DNA from: Bacteroidales bacterium
GTDB lineage: Bacteria > Bacteroidota > Bacteroidia > Bacteroidales > UBA1715
Direction: 5' to 3'
DNA: 64,000 nt
NCBI GenBank assembly: GCA_045600045.1
Contig: JAZRXD010000015.1
Coordinates: 11,330 to 75,329 of the forward strand
Each line of letters begins with the position of its first letter. The stretch's first letter is position 1. The position numbers were made by a program, and so were the translations under genes. Of the stretch, positions 50,501 to 59,903 are shown piece after piece. The notes beneath the pieces were generated by a model. The model saw nothing but the letters and a program-made list of their open reading frames with translations, searched no databases and was not told the origin of the DNA.

Positions 50501-53500
50501 GAAAGTTCAATTATAGGAGTTGGCAATGCATTTACAGTCAATGTAGCTTCTGCAGCAGCACTCATACAATTCTTATCAGATTTTTGTTTTACTGTGTAAG
50601 TATATTCATCAGCACCTGTAATACCAGAAACAACTTGTGAAGCATCTGTACCCTTTGCATTTCCACTTTCATCGTACCATTGTAAAGTACAACCTGTAGC
50701 AGCAACAGCTTTTACAACATAATCAGCTGTTGTACCGATACAAGCTTTTGTTGGAGTAATTTCAGGAACAGCTGGAGTTTCGTTGATTGTGTAAACTACA
50801 GAAACGAAATCTGAATAGCAACCATTCAACTCTGTACGAGCATAGAATGTTGTTGTTTCTTCCAAATCAGCTGGAGTGTACTTCATTGAAGCAGTTTCAT
50901 TCAATACGCTTGCTTCATCTTCTGAAGAATACCAGAATGCATTGTCGGAAGAAGTCAAGTTGTTCAAAGCAGCACCAGCACAACTTTCATTTGCAGTCAA
51001 TGATGGAGCAGCAGGAGTAGCTTTTACGACAAGAGCAACATCAGATTGAATACCTTCGCACACATTAGCTTCAGAATATTGTGAAGCATAGAATTTATAA
51101 GAACCAGCTGTTGTGATTTCTGGAGTATAAGAAGCTCCTGTACCAACTTTTTCACCTTTAGCATTGTACCAACGGATTTCGCTTGTTCCATCACCTGTTG
51201 CAGTCAATTCTGGAACAGATTGACCGAAACAGATAGCATCAACAGCATCGATAGAAACAGGTTCTGTTTCACAGTCTGTTACTGTAATTGTAACAACTTC
51301 TTTTTCACTCTCACAACCATTAGCTTCGGTATTAGTTACATAAACTTTAACTGTAGCTTCGACATCAGTTGTCATTTCTGGAGTGTAAGTTGTTGTAGTA
51401 GCAACAGCTTCGCCATCTTCGGCAGTGTACCATTTGATTGATGTACCAGTAGCCGACAATTCAGGAACTGCAGCACCAGTAACAATACCTACAGAAGTTC
51501 TTTCAACAGCAGGAGCAACCGTTTTGTTTACAGTTACTGTAGCTTCACCAGAATTTGAACAACCATTAGCAGTTGCAGTGTAAGTAATTGTTACATCACC
51601 ACTATAAGCAGAAGGTGAGAATACACCTGAAGGAGCATTGGCCGACCAATCACCACCTTCTGGGGTTGCAGTCAATGTTTGAGCATCTGCATTATCACAC
51701 ATTGCAGTTTGGTAATCTCCAAATTCAATTGTAGGAACTTCAACAACTGTGATATCATATTCTTTACTTCCAGTACAACCATCTTTAGTTGTTGTAAGTG
51801 TCAAAGTTTGATTACCATTAGCAGGATCAATTGAAGTTACAGCTGAACCAGCGATTGAGAATTCAACACCAGTAGCAGGAGAAACTGACAATTTAGAAAG
51901 ATCGATTACTTCATCGTTTGCACAATAAGAAGCTTTTAAACCTTCGATTGCAGGTTCTGGTTTAGCTGTTACCTTGAATGTTTCAGTTTGTTCTACTTTA
52001 CAAGCACCATCTATATATGTATAAGTAAGAGAAGCTGAACCATTAGATGGATCAAAATGACCTTCAACAACACCATCACCAGACCATGTACCACCAGCAG
52101 GAATTCCAGCTAAAATGATTGGCTCATCATCAGAACAAATTGATTCTGGAACAGAAACACTAACTGTTGGAGCAGCTGTTACAACAAATTCTTTCGAATC
52201 AGAATCACCACAAGATTCCGAACCACGAGTCAATGTAATTGTATAAGTACCAGCACCAGCAGTTTTTGGCAAGAAGTTAGAACCAGAAATTACAGTTGCA
52301 GTAACATCTGAACCTCCTTTTGTTGCAGTCCATTCACCTGTACCGATAGAAGATTGTAATTCAACTGTTTCGGTAGTAGCACAGAACGAAAGTTCGGTGT
52401 TACCAATTTCAGCAACTGGTTTTGCCGATACCAATTGAGTTACTTTCAAACGAGAAGCACTTTCGCAACCATCATTCATTTTTGCTACATAGTAATCTGT
52501 AGAACCAGCAGCAGTTGTTTCTGTTACAGCAGGAGCAGCAGCCAATGCCGAACCACCTGTTGCAGCTTCGTACCAAACTGGAGTTCCAACAAATGAAGAT
52601 TTAACTGCAAGTGTACCAGCAGTACCTTGACAGAATTGTTGTAATTGTTCAACTTCGTCAGATGTTGGAGCAGTAATAGGACAAGTTACTGTTACTGTAA
52701 CTGTTTCTTCAACACCACTTGCTTCATTTTTCAATGTAATCGTTGTTTCACCAACACCTACACCCAAAATTGTTAATGTAGAACTTGTAGCATTATAGCT
52801 TGCTGTTGCAACTGTTTCTTCTGCAGAAGTTGCAACAAGAGTTTTATCAGTTGCGTCGTTTGGTGCTATAGAAACAAGAACGTCTTCTGTAGAACCCATG
52901 GCAATTGTAACAGTTTTAGGATTTGCAGTGATTTTAGAAACTTGAACTGCAGTAACCGAAACTGCAATTGAGCCAAACACTTCTTCGTCAACTGCACTAA
53001 TAGCTTTTACTGTTACTGGAGAATCTGTTTCCTTAATACCTTTTATAACACCTTCGTCAGTAACGGTTACATATTTGCTATCCATTGCAGAAACATACCA
53101 AGTAAATTCTTTGTTATCGGCAGTTTCAGGTAAAACTGTTGCTGTTAATTGTTGAGTAGCACCGATAGCAACCGAAGTTGTACCTGTGTTACCACTTGCA
53201 TCAGTTACAGCAATACTTGTTGGAGCTTGAACAACAGTAAGTTTAACTGTTGTTGAAGTTGTTCCAGTTTCTGTGTTACCAGAAATAATCATATCAATAG
53301 AAGTGCCAGCAGTTGAAGCTACACCAGTTACATCAATATAGTTTTCGTTTTTCTCTGAATCATATCTATATGCAAATGTTGCATATTCTGATTCGGCAAC
53401 ACTCAAAACTTTATCAGTAGCATTTAGAGGATTTTCGATAACTTTTACCGAAACAGTTCCACCTACAGCAACTGATACTTTTTCTACTTCAGTTTCCAAA

Positions 53501-56500
53501 CTTGAAAGATATACAGTACCAACAGTAACTTCCAAATCGTATGGACCAACTAAAGCTGTACCATCTGTAATATAAATATGTGTAATTGCACCATCACCAG
53601 AAACTGTTATTTTACTCATATCCAATTCAGCAACGGCCGTTTCGGTAGTAGCTGTTATATCAGCTACAGAAGCAATTGTTTCAGCAGTTACCGCACCATT
53701 ACCTACAACTAAATAAGCTTTAGTAAATGGACGATTAGCCATTACCTTAACAATATCTTTTGATGTTGCTGAAGAAATAGGACCGATTGGTTTATATGTA
53801 TCAGGATCTTCTTCTACATAAACATTATCGATCTTCAACATTTCCGGTTTGATTGTGAATTTGCAATCAGCCATAGCAGAAACGTTTCCACTTGCATCAA
53901 CAGAATAGAATGAACATTCATCACCAACTTCAAATCCAGGACCGAACAAATCTGCAACTAGAATAGTTACTGGTTCATTTCCTGAACAACCTATAGAATA
54001 GTAAACTGAAACATCTTTCAATTCACCTTCGTCTGTTATACCTGTTTCTGAAGATTTTACAACATATATTGTACCGTCTTCGCTTGAAGTTGCAGAAACA
54101 GAAGCATCGGATGTTACTTCACCGCTAGTACATTCCAAAATAGTAGGAGGCGTAACGTCATTAACAGTAATTGCTACTTTTGACGACAACGCACCAGCAT
54201 CTGGGTCATAAGCATATACGTAGAAGAAGCCATAACCAATGCCTTCCAAACTTACATTAGTTTGGTTATCCTCGGTACACGCAACTTTAACACCTTTTTT
54301 ATCAGCTACTACTGCTTCCAATTCTGAGAATTGTGGGGTTGTAGTGTAAGGAACTACATATATATAACCATTAGCAGAACTTGTAGCAGTGATTGTTGAA
54401 TTTTCATCAACACCTTGCGATTGATCCAAAGCTTTAGCAGGACCAACCTTTAATGTTAAAGCTTTACCAACAGAAATGTAGTCGATATTCAACTGACCCT
54501 TATAGAATGTTGGAGTATAGTCGTTTGATGCATCACCTTTATCTGATACAAAACGGAATAAAACTTTATCAATCGCCGATCTATCGATAATTTCGAAGTT
54601 CATTGATGTATAATCAATTGTAGTACCAGAGGTTGGAATAGAAATAGCAGTCCAATCACCTTCCGACAAATTCTCGAAATAATCGATAAAGTCGATTCTG
54701 TAATAACCATTCATAGTACCCGAAGCAGTGCTTACTTTCAAAGAAACTTTTTCGCGACCACTCAAGTCCATTACATAACCTGCTGTTTGAGATGAAATTG
54801 TTAATGCACCAGTCCAAGTTTCTTCTCCTTTTTGAGTTACCTCCAACACGCTCTTCGAAGCATTTTCGGTATCTTTACCAGCTGTAACAACTTTTCCATC
54901 ACCTGCAATTTCCCAAGTAACATAATCGGTTGCATCATCGAAATCATCGTACCAACCAGTTGCAACTGTTAAATTAACCAAGTTTGCCAATTCAAGATAA
55001 TCGATATTTTCGCAATAACGACCATCAACTGATTTTAGTTCTTGTTGCCAATCCGCATACGAAGCAGTAACCGTAGAACTTTGACCAATAGGTTCTTCCA
55101 AATTGAAAATCAATGTTGTAGCATCACCTACTTTTGTTTCAACTGATGTTACTGTCATTAGCTCACCATCAGAATAAATTTCAACCGGACAAGAAGCAAA
55201 TTCATTTACAATAGGAACACGCATACCAGTAGAGAATTTCAATTCTACCTGCATACCATCGTACGATACTTTACCACTCATTGCATTTACCGATGGATTT
55301 GGAGGACACAACTGTAAATAGTCAATGTAAATCTCATAATTTTTCGTTGACCCATTATCGCCATCTTCTAATGGACGAATCTTAGCACCTGTATATGTGA
55401 AACTTGGATTATACGTTTGATAATTTACCGTATGATCTGAGAAAATCTCATCAAACTCAACCCATTCACCTTTTTTCAAAATATTCGATAGATCTATTAT
55501 ACCATAGTTGGAACCATAACCACCACCATCATTAAGCTGAAACTGAAGTCCTTTTGTTGCATCTGATACCACATATATACGACCTTTCAATCTCAATCCA
55601 GATTTTGAAGTCATTTCCTGGAACGCAGCCAAATCAGCAGCTGACATACTCTGGGTAAAATTTCCGTCATCCGTACTTCCTGTATAGGTTTGCAAATTAG
55701 CATATGCAGCAGATTTATTAGACCATGAATATACAGGTATTCCACCATACGTAGTAGAAGTAAACGAACCTGCACCCGCCCAAGCACCAGCAAAACCAAC
55801 GTTTTTACCAGTTGCCGCATTCAATAATTCAAAACAACTTACACTCAAATAGAAGTTTTGTACTGATGATTTTGTGAATGCTTTAGCAGTTTTTGTACCT
55901 GTAGTAGAAGTAACAGCACCACCAGCAAAAGAAAGAGTTACTTCCGCTTTGGCAGATGTAACAAAAGCTTCGTCGAATACCAATTCCAAAACATCGGCAT
56001 CCTCATCACTAATTTGAATACTTGCAGGACTTCCTACACTTGTTCCATCAACAAAAACAGTGAAATTGGCAGCTGTAGCACCACCAAGAGCAATATCTTT
56101 AGACCATTGAACATACAATTTCGTACCAATATCATTAGTATAACGAGCTACAGCATACGGTTCCATACTAGTAACCTTATTTGCAACCTCGAAATCTTCG
56201 AAAGCATCAGCTTTAGCTCCGTCATCTTTAGCTTTTACCGAAGAACCAGAATAAGACAATGTAATAACTGGTTCAGAAATTTCAGAAGACAATGTTAAAA
56301 CAAGACGTTTGGCATCAGAAGAGTTTACCGCTATTTTAGAAACAGAGATTGAAGTTGCAGAAGCGTCTTCATCGTCAGCGTATGTTTTAATAGTCCAACC
56401 AGCAGTAGAAAGACCAGAAGAAGCAATATCTTTTGAGAAATCCACATAAACTACTGTACCATCGGCATTTGTTTCGGCAGCATCAGGAACAGGAAGCATA

Positions 56501-57750
56501 TCCCAGAAGTTAGGCATGTTACCTGTGATACACATCATAAACAACAATTGAGTTGTATGAGTGTAATATTTTCCATAAATATCTTTTGCAGAACCAACAG
56601 ACCAACAGTTTTGTAAATATGATTTATATTTAGTGTCAATCATGGCACCCATAGACAAACCACCTTTGAAACAAGCATTCTTACTTGTTCCCCAAGAAGC
56701 CAAAGAACCTCCCAAACCACCTGTTCCAGGAGTACCATTCAATTGGTAACCATCAACAATATCATCAGGGTTTGGATATTTACCTTGACACCAAGATGTA
56801 ATTTTGTCAGCGATATCGTAAGCATCTTTGTGACCATACCATGCATAAGCATGAGCCATACGCCAAGGAATACGAACTGCATCGTAACCGAAGATTGATT
56901 CGAATTTTGAGTTAATCAAACCTTTCAAATAAGAACCATTTTCGTAACACCAGTCAGGAATCAAACCAGTGCTAGAATTCGCTGCTTTTTTCATCAATGA
57001 ATAACAGTTCGAAATAACTGAAGACCAAGCATGTTGAGTCCAACCCTCTTTCTTTTCAACGTTTGCAAATAATTGCAATGCATTTGTGATGAAATAGCAA
57101 GGGTTTTTGTAGTCATCGAACATATCACCAGGTTTCAAGTATTTAGAACCATTAACCTCGGTATTCCAAATTGCATTAATCAATGTTTTTGCTTCCGACA
57201 AATAATTAATGGTACCATTGCTACCCCATTGTTTGTGAGCAAGCAACAAAGCCTGTGCAGCATCAACATCAGCATCGGTTGCACCATTGGCATTACCAGA
57301 ACCAGCAGTAACTTGACCAGTGAAAGCGTTAACCTTCCAGTTCATCACACCATTATTGTTGGAATTCTTTTTGTAATAACGCCACAATCTATCGAAGTCT
57401 TCTTGGGTGTTGTTGGTAGAGTTATCCATGAACACAAAGATAAGCATACCGTAAGCTATACCTTCGGAAACGGAGTTTGTACCACTTTCACCTTCCTGAA
57501 CAAATTTTACACGGCCCAAGTCACCACTTGTAGTGTAATAATTTGATTTCCATTCAGTATACAAAGACTGAAGTGTGGATTGGACATTAGAACCCGTATA
57601 GATTTGTCCATTCGGATACTGATAATTTTGTGGGAATGGATAGTTTGGAGTACCCGCAGTAGCGAATCCTACCATTCCCAAGAGGGTTACACACAGTAAC
57701 AGTAGGTGTTTCCACCAACCTCTTGATTTTGAAATCTCTGTTTGTTTCAT
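47599..57750 (-). CDS. Giant T9SS-secreted multidomain glycoside hydrolase family 8 protein
   Basis: 3383 aa with a signal peptide. N-terminal GH8 domain: SEGIAYGML (catalytic Glu context) and ATDADVDAAQALLLAHKQW (nt 57226-57282). The latter matches the GH8 signature A-[ST]-D-[AG]-D-x2-[IM]-A-x-[SA]-[LIVM]-[LIVMG]-x-A-x3-[FW] with one mismatch. Next come beta-sandwich modules, two CBM-like jelly-roll segments and about 10 Big_2-like modules (..LTATVLPETADNKEFTWYV..; ..DKTVTWSSSNEEIATVTQFGVV..). About 9 Cys-bracketed Ig-like modules follow (..IKWYTAEDG...ANGCESEKEVVTITV..), then a FIVAR-like helical segment (..QQKVDAAALRLKKAIEAM..). The C-terminal type-A CTD is VYPTLVSEFVTVEA...VVSLAGKVVYQE...FAQGTYSVIIETEDG..KSFIKK. 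Confidence 0.9.
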   Translation of the reverse strand: MKQTEISKSRGWWKHLLLLCVTLLGMVGFATAGTPNYPFPQNYQYPNGQIYTGSNVQSTLQSLYTEWKSNYYTTSGDLGRVKFVQEGESGTNSVSEGIAYGMLIFVFMDNSTNNTQEDFDRLWRYYKKNSNNNGVMNWKVNAFTGQVTAGSGNANGATDADVDAAQALLLAHKQWGSNGTINYLSEAKTLINAIWNTEVNGSKYLKPGDMFDDYKNPCYFITNALQLFANVEKKEGWTQHAWSSVISNCYSLMKKAANSSTGLIPDWCYENGSYLKGLINSKFESIFGYDAVRIPWRMAHAYAWYGHKDAYDIADKITSWCQGKYPNPDDIVDGYQLNGTPGTGGLGGSLASWGTSKNACFKGGLSMGAMIDTKYKSYLQNCWSVGSAKDIYGKYYTHTTQLLFMMCITGNMPNFWDMLPVPDAAETNADGTVVYVDFSKDIASSGLSTAGWTIKTYADDEDASATSISVSKIAVNSSDAKRLVLTLSSEISEPVITLSYSGSSVKAKDDGAKADAFEDFEVANKVTSMEPYAVARYTNDIGTKLYVQWSKDIALGGATAANFTVFVDGTSVGSPASIQISDEDADVLELVFDEAFVTSAKAEVTLSFAGGAVTSTTGTKTAKAFTKSSVQNFYLSVSCFELLNAATGKNVGFAGAWAGAGSFTSTTYGGIPVYSWSNKSAAYANLQTYTGSTDDGNFTQSMSAADLAAFQEMTSKSGLRLKGRIYVVSDATKGLQFQLNDGGGYGSNYGIIDLSNILKKGEWVEFDEIFSDHTVNYQTYNPSFTYTGAKIRPLEDGDNGSTKNYEIYIDYLQLCPPNPSVNAMSGKVSYDGMQVELKFSTGMRVPIVNEFASCPVEIYSDGELMTVTSVETKVGDATTLIFNLEEPIGQSSTVTASYADWQQELKSVDGRYCENIDYLELANLVNLTVATGWYDDFDDATDYVTWEIAGDGKVVTAGKDTENASKSVLEVTQKGEETWTGALTISSQTAGYVMDLSGREKVSLKVSTASGTMNGYYRIDFIDYFENLSEGDWTAISIPTSGTTIDYTSMNFEIIDRSAIDKVLFRFVSDKGDASNDYTPTFYKGQLNIDYISVGKALTLKVGPAKALDQSQGVDENSTITATSSANGYIYVVPYTTTPQFSELEAVVADKKGVKVACTEDNQTNVSLEGIGYGFFYVYAYDPDAGALSSKVAITVNDVTPPTILECTSGEVTSDASVSATSSEDGTIYVVKSSETGITDEGELKDVSVYYSIGCSGNEPVTILVADLFGPGFEVGDECSFYSVDASGNVSAMADCKFTIKPEMLKIDNVYVEEDPDTYKPIGPISSATSKDIVKVMANRPFTKAYLVVGNGAVTAETIASVADITATTETAVAELDMSKITVSGDGAITHIYITDGTALVGPYDLEVTVGTVYLSSLETEVEKVSVAVGGTVSVKVIENPLNATDKVLSVAESEYATFAYRYDSEKNENYIDVTGVASTAGTSIDMIISGNTETGTTSTTVKLTVVQAPTSIAVTDASGNTGTTSVAIGATQQLTATVLPETADNKEFTWYVSAMDSKYVTVTDEGVIKGIKETDSPVTVKAISAVDEEVFGSIAVSVTAVQVSKITANPKTVTIAMGSTEDVLVSIAPNDATDKTLVATSAEETVATASYNATSSTLTILGVGVGETTITLKNEASGVEETVTVTVTCPITAPTSDEVEQLQQFCQGTAGTLAVKSSFVGTPVWYEAATGGSALAAAPAVTETTAAGSTDYYVAKMNDGCESASRLKVTQLVSAKPVAEIGNTELSFCATTETVELQSSIGTGEWTATKGGSDVTATVISGSNFLPKTAGAGTYTITLTRGSESCGDSDSKEFVVTAAPTVSVSVPESICSDDEPIILAGIPAGGTWSGDGVVEGHFDPSNGSASLTYTYIDGACKVEQTETFKVTAKPEPAIEGLKASYCANDEVIDLSKLSVSPATGVEFSIAGSAVTSIDPANGNQTLTLTTTKDGCTGSKEYDITVVEVPTIEFGDYQTAMCDNADAQTLTATPEGGDWSANAPSGVFSPSAYSGDVTITYTATANGCSNSGEATVTVNKTVAPAVERTSVGIVTGAAVPELSATGTSIKWYTAEDGEAVATTTTYTPEMTTDVEATVKVYVTNTEANGCESEKEVVTITVTDCETEPVSIDAVDAICFGQSVPELTATGDGTSEIRWYNAKGEKVGTGASYTPEITTAGSYKFYASQYSEANVCEGIQSDVALVVKATPAAPSLTANESCAGAALNNLTSSDNAFWYSSEDEASVLNETASMKYTPADLEETTTFYARTELNGCYSDFVSVVYTINETPAVPEITPTKACIGTTADYVVKAVAATGCTLQWYDESGNAKGTDASQVVSGITGADEYTYTVKQKSDKNCMSAAAEATLTVNALPTPIIELSQKEFCQSVADEITLTANNNGVTGTGVFKLNDNVATSFVPSDFAINDVLNIEYTLTDGETGCSGVAPAQQISIINCNDDPVASIMVTPDEVVLKSISATSKLTATLTYDGSEGKYNSAVAWTSDNETVATVDQNGVVTAMSVGTANITVKSTYTEGKSAVCKVEVVVPVTNVTFSESSITIGSGQSKDLSTIVSYEPEVAVVTYSWIASDGLTITEAGILTAEETLNDGTGTVKVTATTTDGTSKTATLNVSIVAKTVLVESIAIKEGTTMTLQEGATYTMKQPTVSQATDMSFTWSIDGEGATITSDGEITVTGKSGDSFKVVATANDGSEVKGECTVTISDQIIPATALAFDVEGTPEIFASETIDMAELLVITPDNATIQSIAWALGNSTYASISEAGVLSGVADEVNKAGISRQVSVTATVTSTDGSVLKKQQTVKINPDPIAVTSITIPESVSIEVGGTYKISKVDIQPLNADNKEYVWSIKTENAPATIDEEGTITVNADAPINSTFSVIATAQDFKGVVSNECVVTVLQQTVKITDIRVDVSELTLEAGGSSETFYVSLVPEETTQTNYEVTTSSDAIILTDNGDGSYTVRGIAGTAGSEIVIKSIDNSALSKTINVVVTELVKSIKVKGSQQMTVGMTTNLSVEVADATASDKTVTWSSSNEEIATVTQFGVVLAKAPGIVQITATANDGSGVSNFIDISIDKIPVETITSKDIALEFGQSTGIKATIAPSNATYKELTYTVADPSIISVDVDGIITTLAQGETMVTIQALADGVEAQIKVTVTAVRADKEALIQLIENEQWGAYSVYYKVDAGDIIIGWAKGQISPLIYNEFQNAWMDAQTVRYEEFATQQKVDAAALRLKKAIEAMGEDPDVEVYDAIEDVATINAKVYPTLVSEFVTVEADNLKSVKVVSLAGKVVYQEVANSNEVEINASNFAQGTYSVIIETEDGMVVKSFIKK

Positions 57751-57790
57751 AATTATACTATTTAATTAAAGTTTACAAATTATAAGCCTA

Positions 57791-57798
57791 CAAAAGTA
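57791..57798 (-). promoter_or_regulatory. Candidate -7 promoter box (TACTTTTG) for the giant GH8 gene
   Basis: The reverse complement is TACTTTTG, 40 nt upstream of ATG 57750. Confidence 0.45.
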
Positions 57799-57959
57799 AA
57801 ATATTTTTTTCAATACTTTACTAACAGTCGCATTTTTTCTTTTCGTTTTAACTAAGACATTTGAAAAAAGAAAAACCCCAGAAATAAAATTGAAAATATA
57901 ATCAAGATAATTGACTTCAGAAATCTTTTGCCACGGTGAGGATATTTTACCGTTGGAGT

Positions 57960-58254
57960 AGCACCTTTTTGCCAACGAAGTGATAATAAAGTTATGTCGC
58001 CGAACTGACTTTGCGACGATGCGAATTTCGAAACCGCTTCCACCACAGATTCGCAAAGTCATGGTGCAGATTCAACAGGATATTTTACAGCATTTATCAA
58101 TCCATCTTCCCGAACCGTTTCCCATTTTGATTTTCGGCATCGATAACTCCATATATAATAATGTATCACCTTCCAACAAATCAATTGTTTTTATTGAATA
58201 ACTTGCTGTTGGAATGACGCCAAGAAATAGCTTCAGATCATTTTTAATTAACAA
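57960..58254 (-). pseudogene. Frameshifted 3' remnant of a PP2C/SpoIIE-family serine phosphatase gene
   Basis: Three minus-strand frames together spell a SpoIIE-type C-terminus. Frame a: LFLGVIPTASYSIKTIDLLEGDTLLY. Frame b: GVIDAENQNGKRFG. Frame c: EDGLINAVKYPVESAP*LCESVVEAVSKFASSQSQFGDITLLSLRWQKG. Compare the family pattern PLG....y.....L..GD.lllyTDG..Ea.n..ge.fG..rl......v..f......DDiTll.l. This needs 2 frameshifts and 1 in-frame stop, and the whole N-terminal part is missing. Confidence 0.5.
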
Positions 58255-58292
58255 AATTGCGTAATTGATTGATTTTCATAAGCTAATTCCTC

Positions 58293-58337
58293 CAAAAAAG
58301 AAAGTCATCGCTGAAAGACAACGATGACTTTTATTTT
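58293..58337 (-). terminator. Rho-independent terminator after the lipoprotein gene (hairpin usable on both strands)
   Basis: Arms AAGTCATCG (58302-58310) and CGATGACTT (58322-58330). The minus-strand 3' flank is TCTTTTTTGG. It lies about 50 nt downstream of the stop at 58382. Confidence 0.75.
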
Positions 58338-58381
58338 GAAAGAAATCTCCCTTATTTTAAACTTATCTTGGGGATATCTTA

Positions 58382-58954
58382 TTAATTGGCATCAACCAAA
58401 GCCTTAATATCTTCGGTATAAGGAGCCACATACCAAGTATCTTCTGCTTTATTAATAACAGCGGCTTCCGCATTATCAGAATCGTTGATTGTTTCGAAAA
58501 ATTCCGACAATGTTTCGGCATAAACACCTTCATAATGATTTATACCACTTTCTGTATTATATACCAACGGTGTTTTACCTTCGGTTTGTACAGTAACATC
58601 AAAAGTCCAAGTATAATCAAATGTATATTCCACACCTGCTGCTGGAACATAGCCATCTTTTACAGCAAAAGTTAAATAAAATGCAGGTGTCATACCCTCT
58701 TTGGGTTCTATTGTAGTAAATGAATCGGAATATTTAGATGTCAACGAAACAACTTGTTGCTTGCCATCCAAATCCAAATAATGAAGTTCGATATCAGCTA
58801 CTTCGTGCAATTCATCATTTTGCACAAAATTGAAATCAACTTTAACTGTTGTTGTTGGAGCTTTGGGATCGCAATCGTCGCAATCATCTTTGCCACACGC
58901 TGTAAACAACAAACCAGCACACGCCATAAGTGCTAACCATACTACTTTTTTCAT
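58382..58954 (-). CDS. Hypothetical lipoprotein
   Basis: 190 aa. Lipobox signal MKKVVWLALMACAGLLFTAC followed by GKDDCDDCD. I recognise no family. Confidence 0.55.
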   Translation of the reverse strand: MKKVVWLALMACAGLLFTACGKDDCDDCDPKAPTTTVKVDFNFVQNDELHEVADIELHYLDLDGKQQVVSLTSKYSDSFTTIEPKEGMTPAFYLTFAVKDGYVPAAGVEYTFDYTWTFDVTVQTEGKTPLVYNTESGINHYEGVYAETLSEFFETINDSDNAEAAVINKAEDTWYVAPYTEDIKALVDAN

Positions 58955-59079
58955 ACCTGTTTTGTTTTAATTTTTTGCAAAAATAAAAAACTTAATCGAA
59001 GGAATGTTTGTAAAGTTACGTGTTTTTTATCTCAACAAATGCAACAAATATGTAATTTTACAATATACAACAACTTACT

Positions 59080-59856
59080 ATGGCAATTATCAATAATCCA
59101 ACGCAAATTTCGGATAACCGCATCATACTTTGCGACAAAAATATCATTACCGAAAAAGACGGATCCCTACTTTCCCAAGATTCTTTTCATTACATCTTGG
59201 AAAAATCAGAAATCATAGATTTTTTTTCGGAAAATGAATTTCAATTTTGTGTAGCAGAAATCAAATCTTTTGACACGTTGAAAAATGTATTCCGTATAAC
59301 AACCATACGAGAATTTTATGCGACACACGACGAAACTCAAACTTTTTTAGTTTCCCGGGCAAAAGCTTTGATAAATTGGAGAAAAAACACAGTTTACTGC
59401 AGTTGTTGCGGCACAAAACTTAACGACAGCACTCAATTTTCGGCAAAAGAATGTCCTCAATGCAAAAAGATTTATTTTCCACGTATTGAACCATGCATTA
59501 TTGTGCTGGTAAACAAAGGAGATAAAATCCTTCTCGCACGCCATACTCAACGGAACCAAGACATTTATGCGTGTATTGCAGGATTTATGGAAGCAGGAGA
59601 AACTGCTGAACATGCCGTACGACGAGAAATTTTTGAAGAAACGGGTTTACACGTAAAAAATATTCAATATCGTGGAAGCCAAAGTTGGCCATTCCCATCA
59701 CAACTGATGTTAGGTTTTACCGCAGAATATGAAAGTGGCGAAATCAATATTCAAAAAGAAGAATTGTCCGACGCCCAATGGTTTGATAGAAATAATTGTC
59801 CTTCTACGCCAATGCCTGGTTCTATTGCATATCGATTAATCAATCATCTGTACTAA
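59080..59856 (+). CDS. nudC: NAD(+) diphosphatase (NADH pyrophosphatase, Nudix + zinc ribbon)
   Basis: 258 aa. Zinc ribbon CSCCG...CPQC followed by YFPRIEP. Nudix box GFMEAGETAEHAVRREIFEETGL, and the SQSWPFP motif typical of NudC. Confidence 0.88.
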   Translation: MAIINNPTQISDNRIILCDKNIITEKDGSLLSQDSFHYILEKSEIIDFFSENEFQFCVAEIKSFDTLKNVFRITTIREFYATHDETQTFLVSRAKALINWRKNTVYCSCCGTKLNDSTQFSAKECPQCKKIYFPRIEPCIIVLVNKGDKILLARHTQRNQDIYACIAGFMEAGETAEHAVRREIFEETGLHVKNIQYRGSQSWPFPSQLMLGFTAEYESGEINIQKEELSDAQWFDRNNCPSTPMPGSIAYRLINHLY

Positions 59857-59903
59857 TTGCTCTATTACCAACGACCATTCGCTTGTTATTATTTTGAGAT
59901 TCA

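Noticed and set aside
47599-57750. Possibility that the 10-kb gene contains near-identical tandem DNA repeats (assembly-collapse or phase-variation substrate)
   Set aside because: The Big_2 and Ig-like modules are recognisable only at the protein-pattern level. By eye, neighbouring modules differ at most positions and I found no long identical nucleotide stretches. A dot-plot would be needed to exclude short identical cores.
57766-58062. 98-aa and 64-aa minus-strand ORFs (and the 60-aa ORF 58072-58254) as candidate small genes upstream of the GH8 gene
   Set aside because: They are different frames of one decayed SpoIIE-like gene fragment plus promoter DNA. Individually they have no start context, and their tails are low-complexity AT-rich read-through.
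57941-58089. 12-nt direct repeat AGGATATTTTAC (57941-57952 and 58078-58089) as a possible recombination or invertase site
   Set aside because: The copies are direct, not inverted, and both encode VKYP in the pseudogene reading frame. A single AT-rich 12-mer is compatible with chance, and no flanking inverted repeats typical of invertible promoters were found.
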